NCBI GenBank assembly: GCA_004764695.1
Contig: SMSO01000035.1
Location: forward strand, 2,988,040-3,052,039
Length of the DNA: 64,000 nt
Direction of reading: 5' to 3'
Origin: Schizochytrium sp. TIO01
Lineage: Eukaryota > Protista > Bigyra: Labyrinthulomycetes
Of this stretch, positions 48,740 to 60,445 are shown piece by piece; the first letter of the stretch is position 1; every line of letters begins with the position of its first letter. The position numbers and the translations under genes were made by a program. The notes beneath the pieces were generated by a model. That model was not told where the DNA came from. It saw only the letters and a program-made list of their open reading frames with translations, and searched no databases.

Positions 48740-50311
48740 AGATGTCTCCTCTTAGACGAGACCAAATTCTTTCCTGATCTCTTCGAATGATGACCCGGGG
48801 GCCACAAAGGCTTTCTAATTGTGTTATTCCAACTGTCATGTATTGCTACATCCCCAGAGGAAGCCCTTTCTCTCCATACTGCGCATCGCCTCATTTTCCA
48901 ATCGAATATTCCTCCTCCAGAATTTCTGAGGTTGTTCTGTAACATTTTATATAGACAAATCGCCCAATCGCCCCCGCCCCCCCCAAAAAAGGCATTTCAA
49001 AAAAAAAAAAAAAAAGCCTTCATCAGTGGAAAAGTACCCTCCTTTCCCATAAAACAACAAGTCAAGTCTGTCTCAAAGTCACCACAATAATTAGCAAGGT
49101 TACGACTTACTTAAGCACTTGCATGATAGCGAATGATCAGCATTTCACTGCCTCGTCATCGAATCTCCGCGGCATTATGTAATTCATAAACCATGCTTTC
49201 CTTTGACTTCTTTCTTTTTCTTTTCGTTTTTTTCGTTTCAGCAAAGCCCCCCTGCTCTTCCCTCAAATTTATAACTTTCAAATTATACTGATGCCTCCAT
49301 CTTGTCAGCACCACCAGATCCCATACTCGCCTCATACATGTCCAAGAATCACAAATTCTTGCGGACGCTTTCACTCTAACTGCATCAAAGCTCACAAAGA
49401 GCACCTGTGCAACTTGAACCACACATAAGCCACCTAGGTCATGAGAATCTCGCGGACAGTTTTTACATCGACTCCACCACTGACCCCCCTCGCTTTGCCA
49501 TGAGAAAGAACTTGAAACCCTTTCGCTGACTCAGTGTGGTCGTTGCGCCAGTTCCAGCCAGCGCTTCCCGCCGAGTACACACCCCATACGCCTGAACCCT
49601 TGTTATAAGCAAGGATATCCTCTGAATTATATCCGTTGCCGGTGCACAAGTGCGCAGCGCGGCGCGTGGCGTTCTCTGATTTTGGCATCTTCTTGGGAAG
49701 TTGTTTTTAGTTTTCACTAAATTATTGCGCTCTAGTCGATAGGTAAAGGTGCGCTACTGCAGACAAAGCTTTCATTGCTGCACTGACAACCCTGTTGTTT
49801 TGCGTCGCCGGTCGAGGCTGTGACGCGTGTAATTGGATGCTGATGCGGCACAATATTTTTCTTGCACATCTCCAAGAGCCTCGCTCGTCAGCTACGTCTG
49901 CCATTGCTTAAGGCCGCTAGGATTACTTCGCGCTTGAGCCAAATATCCTACTCAATCATTACAAGCTACGAACCAGTATAAGACGCGTGATCACAGCAAC
50001 TATCTGTAAAAAGAAAATCCGAAAACGAACTATTATCGATAATTTAAAAAGAGAACATTCACCAAGCAAGAGAAAACACCGTGAAAAGAAAGTTGCGAAG
50101 GGTTCGAGAGCAGAAAAACATACAAAGTGCGAGAGGCCAAAGAAAAAAAAAGAAAGAAAAAAGAAAAAAGAGAACAAGGTTTCACAGAAATAAGCAAAAA
50201 ATACGCCTGTCAACGACCATTGATATTCTCTTCCTCTTACAACTTCGGCACACTCGCTCAGAAGGCAGAGCGTGACCACTATCGCCGTCGTGCGGCAAGC
50301 ACGCACGAACC

Positions 50312-53300
50312 ATGGAAGACGCTTCACGCGGGGCGGCCCGCGAGAAAGCGTCTCCAAGGCCTCGCCATGGGTCTCCCAGTGCATACACAGAAGCCGCTGC
50401 AGGTGCTCAGGCCAAGACTTTAGGAGCAGCATCTCCTTCAAGAGGCGCAGTAGCTACAGAAATCCGAACAACGAACGTGACGACAGATTATCCGCAACAG
50501 CCAGCGATGGGCGAAGGACGCCGATCGCCGAGGCAACAACATGAACAGGATCAGGAACAAGAGCAGAAACAGAAGCAGGTTAGGGGTTACAAACCATCGA
50601 GCTTACAATCGCTTCGGGTCGAGACACAGCTGGAAACAAATATATCAACAAAGGGAACGAAAACCGACGACGCAAGTATTGAGCAAGCTGGTGGCGAAGA
50701 GCACCCGCGGATGTACAATGCAGCGCACGTGGACAAGCTGTATCTTGATCATATTCGGCACAAAGTCACCATTGCAGCAGCTACTGAACAACTGCAGGCT
50801 GTTGAATGCCCATTCGTACCACAAATTACGCATCTTGCAGCGAAGTTTGCAAGTCCTCGGGGAGAACATCGATATGATAGACTTTATAAGGGCGCACAGA
50901 TTCGAGATAATCGTCTGCAAGAAAAGCGTCGTGCACTAGACCCAGAGTGCTCCTTCAAACCTGTCATCACACCAAAAGCTGCGAGGCGGAGACAACTGCG
51001 TGGCCGAGGAGGAAAGACGGGCGTCTTTGATAGATTGCATGCTACTGCGGAGCGCACACAACAGTCTCTTGAAGCCAAACGCAAGCTCTTGGACCCAGAA
51101 TGCAGCTTTACACCCAAAACCAACAGCAACAGAGGCCGTGGCAGGGGCCGTGGCAGCAGAGGCCGTGGAGGTCGCGGGGGCAGGCGAAATAGCTATTCAA
51201 GTGCAGGATCAAGCAGCAATAATAACACAAGCCATACACTGGATAGTCTTCCTGTTGACTCTTTAATACACTCTATTTACCAAGACCCACACTTGCCACC
51301 TCCAGATCCGGCGAGGCTTTGCCCAGACAAACAAACTCTGCAGAATAGCAAACGGAAAATGGAAAGACGCAAGGTAGAGCTTGACCTTCGAGAATGCACA
51401 TTTCAACCCAAGCTCGTTACTCGAAGACTGCGTTATGGACAAGTGGCTCAGCAAAAACCTCTAGAAATTCGCTCAGCTGCAGTTCTCGCCAAGCGCGAAG
51501 CGCGTAGGATTGAACTCAAACTCAAGCTTGATGAACGCGATATGAAAGAATGCACATTTGCACCAAAGCGGAACAGTACTCGTAGGCAAGGTGAGAAGAC
51601 TACACCTCTTTACGAGGATGAAGTAAATCGCCTGTCTTGGAGGCTTTACTCTGACGCACGTCGCTGGGAAGCAAAACGCAGACTTGTTCTTGAGAGTCTG
51701 TTGGCTCAACAAGCGGCAGCCTCTGTGCATCGCCACCTCAGCAAATGGAATATGCAACGTATTAACTTTCTCCACGCCTCTGGGACTAAGAAACTTGCGC
51801 AGCGTCTAGCACACTCACGAGATGCAGAGGCCAAACACTCTTTGGACGTTGAGCGTGAGCTCGAGGACCTAAAGGAGTGTACCTTTGCCCCCAAGATTGA
51901 GCCCTTGTCACAAAAGCTTGATGCTCTCTTATTACACCGTTGCGATCCTGCCGGATCGCCGCGGCATGTTCGTTTATATAAGGACGCTCACCGGTTGCGT
52001 CTGCACTTGGACGAGCTGAAGCACACTCAGGATCAACGCATCGACGATGATGCGTCTACGGCCTTCGATGCTAGTTCGCCCAAATTTCGTAAGCAGCGTA
52101 AGCTCAAGAGCGACCATGAACAGTCCATGCGTCTCTACGAGGATGCACGGCGCATCGAAGAACGCAAAGAACGGTTATACCATCACTTGCGCGTTCAAGA
52201 GGAAGAAAAGAGAAATATTCGCTACAACGCACATACCATTAAAACTGTAGATCGAGAAATACGTCGTAATGGAAGAGTTTCTCCTGCCAACCTCATTTCT
52301 CCTCGCTCTCCAGTGGACCAACAAAAACATTTGGTATCCATGCACGAGCGCCATGTGCAGATTCAAAATGCATTGCAGACCGTGCGTACAATGCTCGACA
52401 AGGAAGAGCGTGCACGCAACGAAACAAAATTTTCTGCAGAAACTATTACCTTTGTGGATGAATTGCGACTCACCAGTCCTTCGGCCTATGATGTGCGCAA
52501 AGCTAGAGATATTGTTCTGCAGGCAAAGCCCGTGGTACCAACTTCACCTCAATCGACAATCCCTCTTGAAGAAGCTATTTCACCACGCGCCAAGCTTGAG
52601 CAGCAGCCTAAATTCGAACCATGGCGGCCAGGATCAACCAAGAAGCGTGACTTCAGGCCTAACAAATTTGACACAGAGTCAGATGGCACAATTGCTTCCA
52701 TCTGGCGCCCTTCCTCACCAGACTTACTTCAGCGTCGCAATTCAGGAATCTCAAGGCTTCCTTCTAACCTCACCATCAATACACGAGCCTCTGTTGCAAC
52801 AATTACACTCAGCGATGAGGGGGCATCTGTGCAGAGCGAAGGCCTTGGGAACGAGGAAGAGAAGGTGGAAGAGCAAGACAAGAAATCAAATCTCTCTGTG
52901 CACTCTTCATCCTCTTCATCGCCCTCTGGAGATGAGGAAGAGGAAAATGTGCTTTCGCCAAGCTCACTACCTCTCAACGACCAACAAAGCAAGGATGCAG
53001 ACCGTATGTCCATTCATTCGTCATCATCATCATCTTTATCGAGGTCGCCGTCTCCAAAGTCAGGAGCTACCTCCTCGGACGCACCTCTAAGGAAAGTGCG
53101 CCCAACACTTTTGACAGTAGATACAGGAGGAAGCTTTGTCCAGGCTGCGATTGCAGCGATCGAAGAGGTTAACTCAGCCAGATCTCAGCAGACGCTAATG
53201 AAGAAAAGGGTACAGCCAGCACGTCGACTCGACTCGCCGAAGTCGAAGGTTTCTGCCTCTAGTGATGTGCACTTACAGTCTTCCACGAAAGAGGCATCTC

Positions 53301-54955
53301 AGCACCTACTAAAGAACTCTTCATCAAGCACAACAAGTCTTGAGGGTAAGATGAGTCTGGCTTCCCCTGCATCTTCTCTAGCTCAATCCCCTTCAGCTTC
53401 CAAAGTACCCAATGTTGTTTCAGCAACATCTCCAGGTTTATCTTTAGAGCCACCATCATCAGCTAGTGTGGCGATGGGTAAAAAGCTTATACACGCGTCG
53501 GTCTCAGATTCTAGTATTTCTAGCCTTCCGGTTGCTCCAGCTCCAGGCCTTTCTGAGAAAGCACAAGCACCCAATACTCGGAATCAACGTGTTGCTGATG
53601 AAATAGAAGAAAATTCGGACTTGTCAAGTTTGCCATTGTCACCTCTTACCACTGGAAAGGAGTCAATATTTACACCATCTTTACCTCCTGCAATTTCCAT
53701 GGGCTCCCCCAATTCTGCGATAAGTAGCTCAAGCCATGCAACTTCGAGTAAAGATAGTAAAAGTGGTAATGACAGCGATAGCAGTGACTCGAGTAGCAAC
53801 AGCAGTGGATCAAGTAGTTCGTCTAGAAGCAGTCGTGGCAGCAGTAGCAACAGTAGCAGCAGCAACAGTAGTAGCAGTAGAAGTGAGAGCGGAGAAAGTG
53901 ACAGTGAGAGTAGCAGTGGCAGTAGCGACAGCGATCAGGATAGTTCTTCAAGGTCTTCTTCTTCTTCTGGTTCGTCTTCCGATGATGAGGAGCCTGACTC
54001 CTCAGTTCTAGATTCAGAAAGCTCTGGACTAGTCAGTGATTTCGATAGCCCTAAAGTCCAGGAGCCCGAGAGTGCGCACGCTCCCGGGGTTATCAAAGCC
54101 TCAAAGAAGGGCTCTGTTGATCGATTGTTGAAATCGGGAGTAGAAGTGACGGAGAGCAAGGACGATGGCGAAAGTGGTGTTGATGATTTGTTCTCCAAAC
54201 GTTCTTTATTAAGCGAGAATTCATCGGAGGGCCTGCCTGATTTGCTTGACTTCATAGCATCTGAGAAGGAAGATTTTCAATCAGATAAGGAAAAATCTAG
54301 CGGTGCGACAAAATCCAGTGGCACAACAAAGGTGCAAGCTTGGATCACCAGTCCTGACACCAGCATTAAGAATAGCAGCTCCAAGAACGACACCATGAGT
54401 CGATCTGATGAGAAACATGCTAACAGCAACACCTCAACAAAGCAGGTTGAAGCAAAGAATAAAAGTGGCAAGAATGAAATTCTCAATAGCGGTCCTTCAA
54501 GTACACCAACTCCTAGTACATTAAAATCATCTCGCCCTGCGCCTGTGGTAACTGCTCGAAGCACTGAAACTAAGAGTAAAGTTTCAATGTCACCAAAAGA
54601 TGACGACTCACTTCCTCCTGCAGAGCTACTACGGGCTCACATGGAGGAGGAATTCAAGAAAGAAGAGGACGATGATGAAGCTGACTTGTCAGAAGATAGT
54701 CCACCTCCTCTCCTCCTTCGCGAAGGCAACAGCCATTTCCAGAATGCCAAATTCTTTAGAAGAAGTAAACCGATGAGCCCAAGCACCGGCGGAAGCAGTG
54801 TTATTCAAGTCAAGATCGGCGACAAAGTGATTCAGACAACGGTTGATGACGTGAGTGACCTTGGAAGCCTCGGAAGCCTGGATATTGATGCCTTCCTCGA
54901 GCAAGTCGAGAATGACGAAGGCCCTGATGAGGATATTCTAAAACTCCTCGAATAA
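50312..54955 (+). CDS. Large protein with six ECxFxP repeats and RLY motifs plus Ser-rich disordered C-terminal half, 1547 aa
   Basis: ECPFVPQI, ECSFKPVI, ECSFTPKT, ECTFQPKL, ECTFAPKR and ECTFAPKI, interleaved with DRLY/RLYxDA; RGRG tract. Confidence 0.8.
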   Translation: MEDASRGAAREKASPRPRHGSPSAYTEAAAGAQAKTLGAASPSRGAVATEIRTTNVTTDYPQQPAMGEGRRSPRQQHEQDQEQEQKQKQVRGYKPSSLQSLRVETQLETNISTKGTKTDDASIEQAGGEEHPRMYNAAHVDKLYLDHIRHKVTIAAATEQLQAVECPFVPQITHLAAKFASPRGEHRYDRLYKGAQIRDNRLQEKRRALDPECSFKPVITPKAARRRQLRGRGGKTGVFDRLHATAERTQQSLEAKRKLLDPECSFTPKTNSNRGRGRGRGSRGRGGRGGRRNSYSSAGSSSNNNTSHTLDSLPVDSLIHSIYQDPHLPPPDPARLCPDKQTLQNSKRKMERRKVELDLRECTFQPKLVTRRLRYGQVAQQKPLEIRSAAVLAKREARRIELKLKLDERDMKECTFAPKRNSTRRQGEKTTPLYEDEVNRLSWRLYSDARRWEAKRRLVLESLLAQQAAASVHRHLSKWNMQRINFLHASGTKKLAQRLAHSRDAEAKHSLDVERELEDLKECTFAPKIEPLSQKLDALLLHRCDPAGSPRHVRLYKDAHRLRLHLDELKHTQDQRIDDDASTAFDASSPKFRKQRKLKSDHEQSMRLYEDARRIEERKERLYHHLRVQEEEKRNIRYNAHTIKTVDREIRRNGRVSPANLISPRSPVDQQKHLVSMHERHVQIQNALQTVRTMLDKEERARNETKFSAETITFVDELRLTSPSAYDVRKARDIVLQAKPVVPTSPQSTIPLEEAISPRAKLEQQPKFEPWRPGSTKKRDFRPNKFDTESDGTIASIWRPSSPDLLQRRNSGISRLPSNLTINTRASVATITLSDEGASVQSEGLGNEEEKVEEQDKKSNLSVHSSSSSSPSGDEEEENVLSPSSLPLNDQQSKDADRMSIHSSSSSSLSRSPSPKSGATSSDAPLRKVRPTLLTVDTGGSFVQAAIAAIEEVNSARSQQTLMKKRVQPARRLDSPKSKVSASSDVHLQSSTKEASQHLLKNSSSSTTSLEGKMSLASPASSLAQSPSASKVPNVVSATSPGLSLEPPSSASVAMGKKLIHASVSDSSISSLPVAPAPGLSEKAQAPNTRNQRVADEIEENSDLSSLPLSPLTTGKESIFTPSLPPAISMGSPNSAISSSSHATSSKDSKSGNDSDSSDSSSNSSGSSSSSRSSRGSSSNSSSSNSSSSRSESGESDSESSSGSSDSDQDSSSRSSSSSGSSSDDEEPDSSVLDSESSGLVSDFDSPKVQEPESAHAPGVIKASKKGSVDRLLKSGVEVTESKDDGESGVDDLFSKRSLLSENSSEGLPDLLDFIASEKEDFQSDKEKSSGATKSSGTTKVQAWITSPDTSIKNSSSKNDTMSRSDEKHANSNTSTKQVEAKNKSGKNEILNSGPSSTPTPSTLKSSRPAPVVTARSTETKSKVSMSPKDDDSLPPAELLRAHMEEEFKKEEDDDEADLSEDSPPPLLLREGNSHFQNAKFFRRSKPMSPSTGGSSVIQVKIGDKVIQTTVDDVSDLGSLGSLDIDAFLEQVENDEGPDEDILKLLE

Positions 54956-57262
54956 ATAACATACCCTTTTCTTCAATATACAAGAAAATAACTGAGATAG
55001 AAAATACCGATTATGCTATAACGCTGACTTACAAAGACAGCACTCATTCCTTATCGTGATGCATCTCGAGAATGCACGCCTAGTATCAAACTACTATCTG
55101 TTTTCATAAAGATTATCATTGTGTCTTATTGAACTCTTTGTATCATCGTTTTACTTGGCTTGGAGTTTCCATTCTGGTGACATTTGCTCCGACTGTAGAC
55201 GTGTCCCTTTACCCAAAATTTGATCGAACAAAGTGCTCATTGGTTGCACTGTCGGGAGATAACGCTAGTAAAGGTCAATAAGCAAGTGATTCGACCGTAG
55301 TGGTTTTGACAATCAATATCACTGTTTTGCCTCCCATGTTTGGGCTCAAATTCTTGTATAATATGCCTTTTCCCGGATTAGGCTAGTTGTAATTCTTTTG
55401 ATGTTACTTTTGATGTTATGCATCATTCATATACAACGTGCGAACTGTAATCCTGTTAGAACCCGACGCGTGTTTGTCTATGAGAAGAGCGTTTCTACAG
55501 TCATCTAGTACCTTTCTTTCCAGCACCTAGTAGCTCCTTGCCGATGGAAGAGTTTGCAACTGCTGGAGCTGTTAAACAAAAACATTAAAAAAACTAAAAA
55601 AACTAAAGATACCAAAAACGTGAGGATTTTTATTTTTTTATTTTTTTGAACATAAAAAAATAAAATGAAAATAGAAATAAAAAATTAATAAAATTAAAAA
55701 CTTTAAAGAGAAATTAAAAGTTGAAAATACATCTTTGGTTGTCATACACTTCAATGCACAGGAGAACCCTTACCGGGTGAAATACGTATCTTAAACGACA
55801 CTGAAGATCGAGCCATGGCTCTTGCTAATGACCTTGCAGTCGTAGCTTGAAATCTTTCTCTTTGCTATAGATAGATAGGTAGGTACTATTTACAACCTCC
55901 CTGGTCCTTTTAGACCTGTCGATGGATGGGACAATACAATTTCTAACCCATTCCAGCAATCAGCCACCCTTTGATTTCTCAATCCTTCAAACACGCATAC
56001 AACAGCAAATCAAATATTCTTTCCCCAAACCGTAGCAGGGGACATCTTTGTTGTTCTCTCCGCGAAGCTGTTGAGGCAATCTGGAGCCTGATAAATCGCA
56101 TCAACCAACTTGTTTCTCATGTAAAGAAATTGTACCTACTTTGTTTTGTTCATCAATCATTTTTATGATCAACGACTGTTTAGCCGAAGAAGTCGTCAAG
56201 AGTCCTCGTCCCATGGATCAAAGGATCTCAGCAACCAAGTAAGGCCAGAAGACACATGCCAATGTTGTGGCCATGTATGCTGTGTGGGCTGCGACCGAGT
56301 CGCAGCGGGAGTCCCTTCACAGCCACAGTTATTTGGGTGAGTGATGTCTTGATGGGTGAAGTACAACAACTGCCTTGGGCTTCCTGGGCCTTGAAGTCTG
56401 GCAGCCTCTCATTCATTTAGCTCGCGGCGTCTCACAAAGGTGGCTGGCCGATAACATTCGACGTGAAGGAAGCCTCAACAGGTTGGTTGGCTCGCTCTGC
56501 GTAGTTGTCGATGTCTTCACGACTTCGCACAAGAGAGAACTCAGTTCAGTAACCCAGGTGCTTTTCTTTCGACATCTGAGTTTCTACGAGATGAGCGACC
56601 AAAGGTCTCTATCTCTTCCTTTGAGGGGAAGCGAGGTTGGGAAATGCTGAGGGGCCTTCAGAAGCTCCAAGCGTTACGGCAAAAGAACATGCGCAAACTT
56701 GGAGGGCAGTCAGTTAGGCTCTTTCGCAGCTTTCGATTTACAGGAAGGCAGAGATAGAGTGAAAGGGAGGATTGCAATAGTAGGTACCTATAGAGTCCTT
56801 AGCAGATAAATACCTAAGTACGTTCTGCCATTGTTATAAGTGTACCTGAACACCACAAGGAAGATCAAAGTAAAGCTCAGGAGGATAAGAGCTCACTTTG
56901 ACTTGCCAATTTCGGCTTGTTTCTGTTTCAATGTTTATCTCGTTAGTTCGATTAAGTATCTATCTACTCAGTTACTGTTTTCGTTGTCGTTACTTGTTTT
57001 GAGTTCTGTTTCTGTTTCTGTTTCTGTTCGTCCTCGTCTTCGTCTTCTTTCTTTTTCTTTTTCTTTTTCCTTTCTTTCTTTTCAATTGATAGTTATGGCA
57101 CAAGTAAATCAAAGTATTAAAGTAGTGGAGAGAAGAAGGCAAGTCTCTATCGCGCCTTGCGAAGCAGCGCAGCTGGTTCTGTGCTTCGCAGCCACCTCTT
57201 CCTGGCTCTGAGGTCTTGGTCTCTTCCCCGTCCGGGATCCCGCTTCCCTGGCGGCTCCCGCT

Positions 57263-59842
57263 ATGCGGCGAGACTTCGAGTCGGGTCTCGTGGAGGATTC
57301 CGCGTCACCATCAGCATCGACAAATATAGCGTCTTCTCCAGCGCCTTCTTCGCTCACGGTCAGCTCAGGCACTGCAACGCCTCCCGTGGCGTCTTCTCAC
57401 TCCTTTGCAGCAACCTTCTCCGCAGAAGGAGATGAAGAAGATGAATCCGAAGGTCTTCTCGGGAACAGAGGCTCAGATCTACGAGTTGAATTCGGGTCTT
57501 CAAGATCTCAAGATCTGGATAACTTTGAGTCCGATGTACACGACGGCAGCAGCATAAGAAAGCAGGGTGACGAACCCTCTTCAAGGCCTATCAAAAGTAG
57601 GAATAGCTCTGAAGCCTCCCAGTCAGGATTGTGTGGGCCCAGATGGCCTGGAGATCTTGCTCGAGATGTAGCTTCAAGGGGCCGTAACTCCTCGCAAATT
57701 TTGCTCGTGCTCTTCATGCAGAGAGGTCTCATTCTCCTGGCAGTGGCATCTTTGAGCTGCGTGCTTGTTGACGCTCTTTCGCAGAATACAGGCCCTCTTC
57801 TGCGACCTGCTGGTCTCAGCTTGTTGCTCGTTATTTTCACGTTAGTGTACTACCGCGACACCCGGGAATCGTGGGTACTCGAGGGCGTGGCAGAGCGCAG
57901 TATCTTGGTTTCCTGTGCAGCTTTCCAAGGATCTCTTAGCCTTGTCCCTGATGGACGTGCTGTGGCAGACTTCTTTGCAGAAAAGTACGGCCCAGTGGAG
58001 AACGTTCTCATGCTCCTCGATGTTGGCAAACTCATCCGACTTGGAAGACTAAGATCTGAGTTGAGAAATATGGCGAATGCGGCTGAACGAGACCAGCAGC
58101 GATGGAGACCACTCCATGGAATTGTACCGAGACTCCCATGCTGCCGCGTGTGCCGGCGCATGGCTCGGAGGGCAGGGGATCGACGTCAGGACCGTCTCAG
58201 ACGCTGGACAGAGCGAATTGACGAGCGGCTCGCAGATCTTGAAAATACTCACCAAACTGAGTCTCTTGGGTGTGCTATTGTCACTTTTGAGTGCGCTAAA
58301 GATGCCCATGCGGTCATGCGTGACTCCATTAATGCTTGGGGTGCCGATGCCGAGGAAGATGAGTTCCTCTTTTTTCACAGCGACGATGATGATGAACTCG
58401 ACGACGTTGAAGCTACTGCTAAAATTGGCGCTCATGGTGATGATACTGTGAGTAATCCTCGTCATGTAGTCTCCGAAGACTCCGCAGTTGTGCGTGGACT
58501 TCGGCCTTCACTGCGATCACCAAGGCTCGGGTTGGGTTCTGCTGGAAAACCAAAGGGCATCCAGCGGGACCATGCAAGACGGTGGTGGTTTACAACTCCG
58601 CGTGAACTTCGTTCTTACTTCGGGGAGGAACCTGTTTTTGTGCGCTCGCCACCTCCACCTAGTGACCTTAACTTTGAGGTTATGCAACCTGACACTGACT
58701 TTGGTCGAGCGGGACCATTACGCATCACTGTCATTGGTATTTTCGCATCTTTCTTCATCTTGCTGGGGTTGGCTCTGGGATCAAGTCAAAGGCTGCCTTT
58801 GGCGTATGAAGACGAGATCGCTAAGGCGGGAGCATCCACAGGGTTTGAGTTCGTGGTCGGCATCTTGGGAGCCATCACTTTGTACTTTGCCCTTTTCCTT
58901 CCCCTTCCTTCGTTTCGCATCTTGCCCGAGCGGGCTCACTTGACCTTTTCTCAGGTACATGCTGACCATTTCGAGATTTCAACACTCTTTGTTCTTCTCT
59001 TTATCGTTTCAATGAGTATAAGTGCACTGGGTCAGGGGGTAAATTGTGTGACGTACGCCATCACCATAGTCTTCCAGCTCACGAGCCTTTTGCGAGCAAG
59101 CTGGAGACTTGTCAGACGAGTTACAGTGTCTTCAGTAAAGGGGAATCTGCAAGGAGTCGCCCAAGCTGAGGCTTTTGCCCTCGTTGCTTTGCCCGCCTTT
59201 GTATGCACTTCCTATACCAGCGTGCTTGTTTGGGCAGCAATTGGTCTGTGCGTCCGTCTGTTGATCGAGGATGCAATTGCTTGGCGCATCACCAAGGCTC
59301 TGACGACCGAGGAAATTGCGGCGAATAGCTCTCACCTCTCTCCAAATATCGCTGTCTCTTCATTGTATGCGCTTTCTGTCATGGCCTGTTTGGTTGTGGC
59401 ACTTCCAACTGTTCTCCATGTGTCGGTTGGGAAAGACTTCTTCACGTCACCTTCTGCAGATGCGCGCGCTCTCTACCTTGCGACCCTCATGTCTGGTCTT
59501 TCTTTTGCGTTTCTACTTGCCTGTACTTATGTGGAGTATGTTCGCCCAGCTCGAAGCCGTGCCCCGCCTGAGACAACCTACTCGTTCATGGAAGAGGATA
59601 ATTTCCCAGAAAGCCCGGTCACTAAAGGCGTGCCCTCGATGTCACCAGCTGGTAGCTCTTCAACCACATCTGTAAGTATTGCCTTTGGGTCAGACACTGG
59701 CAACCCAGTTATGAGGACAGGGTCTTCATTTTCCTCTCCGAGTAGTATTCATGACCCACAAGAGGAGATTTATCGTATTCCACAGCGCCATGACTTTCTT
59801 GAGAATTCACGGCCACATGGCCGCTCTGGGCACGTTCTTTAA
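57263..59842 (+). CDS. Multi-pass membrane protein, divergent CSC1/OSCA/TMEM63-like, 859 aa
   Basis: TM pair, then a cytosolic RRM-like segment (RSILVS..DFFAEKYGPVENV..GCAIVTFE), PPPPSDLNFE resembling the OSCA APxPxDxxW motif, then about 7-8 TM helices. Confidence 0.55.
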   Translation: MRRDFESGLVEDSASPSASTNIASSPAPSSLTVSSGTATPPVASSHSFAATFSAEGDEEDESEGLLGNRGSDLRVEFGSSRSQDLDNFESDVHDGSSIRKQGDEPSSRPIKSRNSSEASQSGLCGPRWPGDLARDVASRGRNSSQILLVLFMQRGLILLAVASLSCVLVDALSQNTGPLLRPAGLSLLLVIFTLVYYRDTRESWVLEGVAERSILVSCAAFQGSLSLVPDGRAVADFFAEKYGPVENVLMLLDVGKLIRLGRLRSELRNMANAAERDQQRWRPLHGIVPRLPCCRVCRRMARRAGDRRQDRLRRWTERIDERLADLENTHQTESLGCAIVTFECAKDAHAVMRDSINAWGADAEEDEFLFFHSDDDDELDDVEATAKIGAHGDDTVSNPRHVVSEDSAVVRGLRPSLRSPRLGLGSAGKPKGIQRDHARRWWFTTPRELRSYFGEEPVFVRSPPPPSDLNFEVMQPDTDFGRAGPLRITVIGIFASFFILLGLALGSSQRLPLAYEDEIAKAGASTGFEFVVGILGAITLYFALFLPLPSFRILPERAHLTFSQVHADHFEISTLFVLLFIVSMSISALGQGVNCVTYAITIVFQLTSLLRASWRLVRRVTVSSVKGNLQGVAQAEAFALVALPAFVCTSYTSVLVWAAIGLCVRLLIEDAIAWRITKALTTEEIAANSSHLSPNIAVSSLYALSVMACLVVALPTVLHVSVGKDFFTSPSADARALYLATLMSGLSFAFLLACTYVEYVRPARSRAPPETTYSFMEEDNFPESPVTKGVPSMSPAGSSSTTSVSIAFGSDTGNPVMRTGSSFSSPSSIHDPQEEIYRIPQRHDFLENSRPHGRSGHVL

Positions 59843-60445
59843 ATGCTCCGCAACAAAGAAAATGTAGGCTGAGTGCAATTCACATGGTATTGTATCTTTT
59901 CAAACACTCAAACGTGGCAATACTCTGTCTTCAAAAGGTTTTCTGCTTTGCAATCCTTGTTGTTAGCCACTTTGTATATTAAAATGTTGCATGATTCTCA
60001 GGAACGAAAAACAAACAAACAATGAAATAACCATGAAATAATCTCAACCTATGTTCCTTATTTGACATGAACGAAACTGTTGAGGTAGACGCAAGCATCG
60101 AGGTTTGCAAGAATGCTTGCTTATCTTGATATTAGACAGCTAAAATAACAACCAAGAATGAGCGCGACCTATTCTCGAGGAATTGAAAGAGGAAAATAAA
60201 AAGTAAAGGAAGATGTAGATTAGATTAGCAGTTGCCACGAGTGGCCACCACGGAGTGAGTGATCGTATATGCATATAAATGCGAGCAATCCACCCAGAAC
60301 TCCAGTCTACTTGTTTTGCCTGTAGAGTAGAGTTGCACAAAACTACTCCATTGCGGAGAGCGGTGCAGTGGTGGCCTCGCTTGGTCACGGTGGTAGGTTT
60401 ATGTCAAGCAAGTTGAGTGTGTAGACAAATCAACAACAGGCATAT

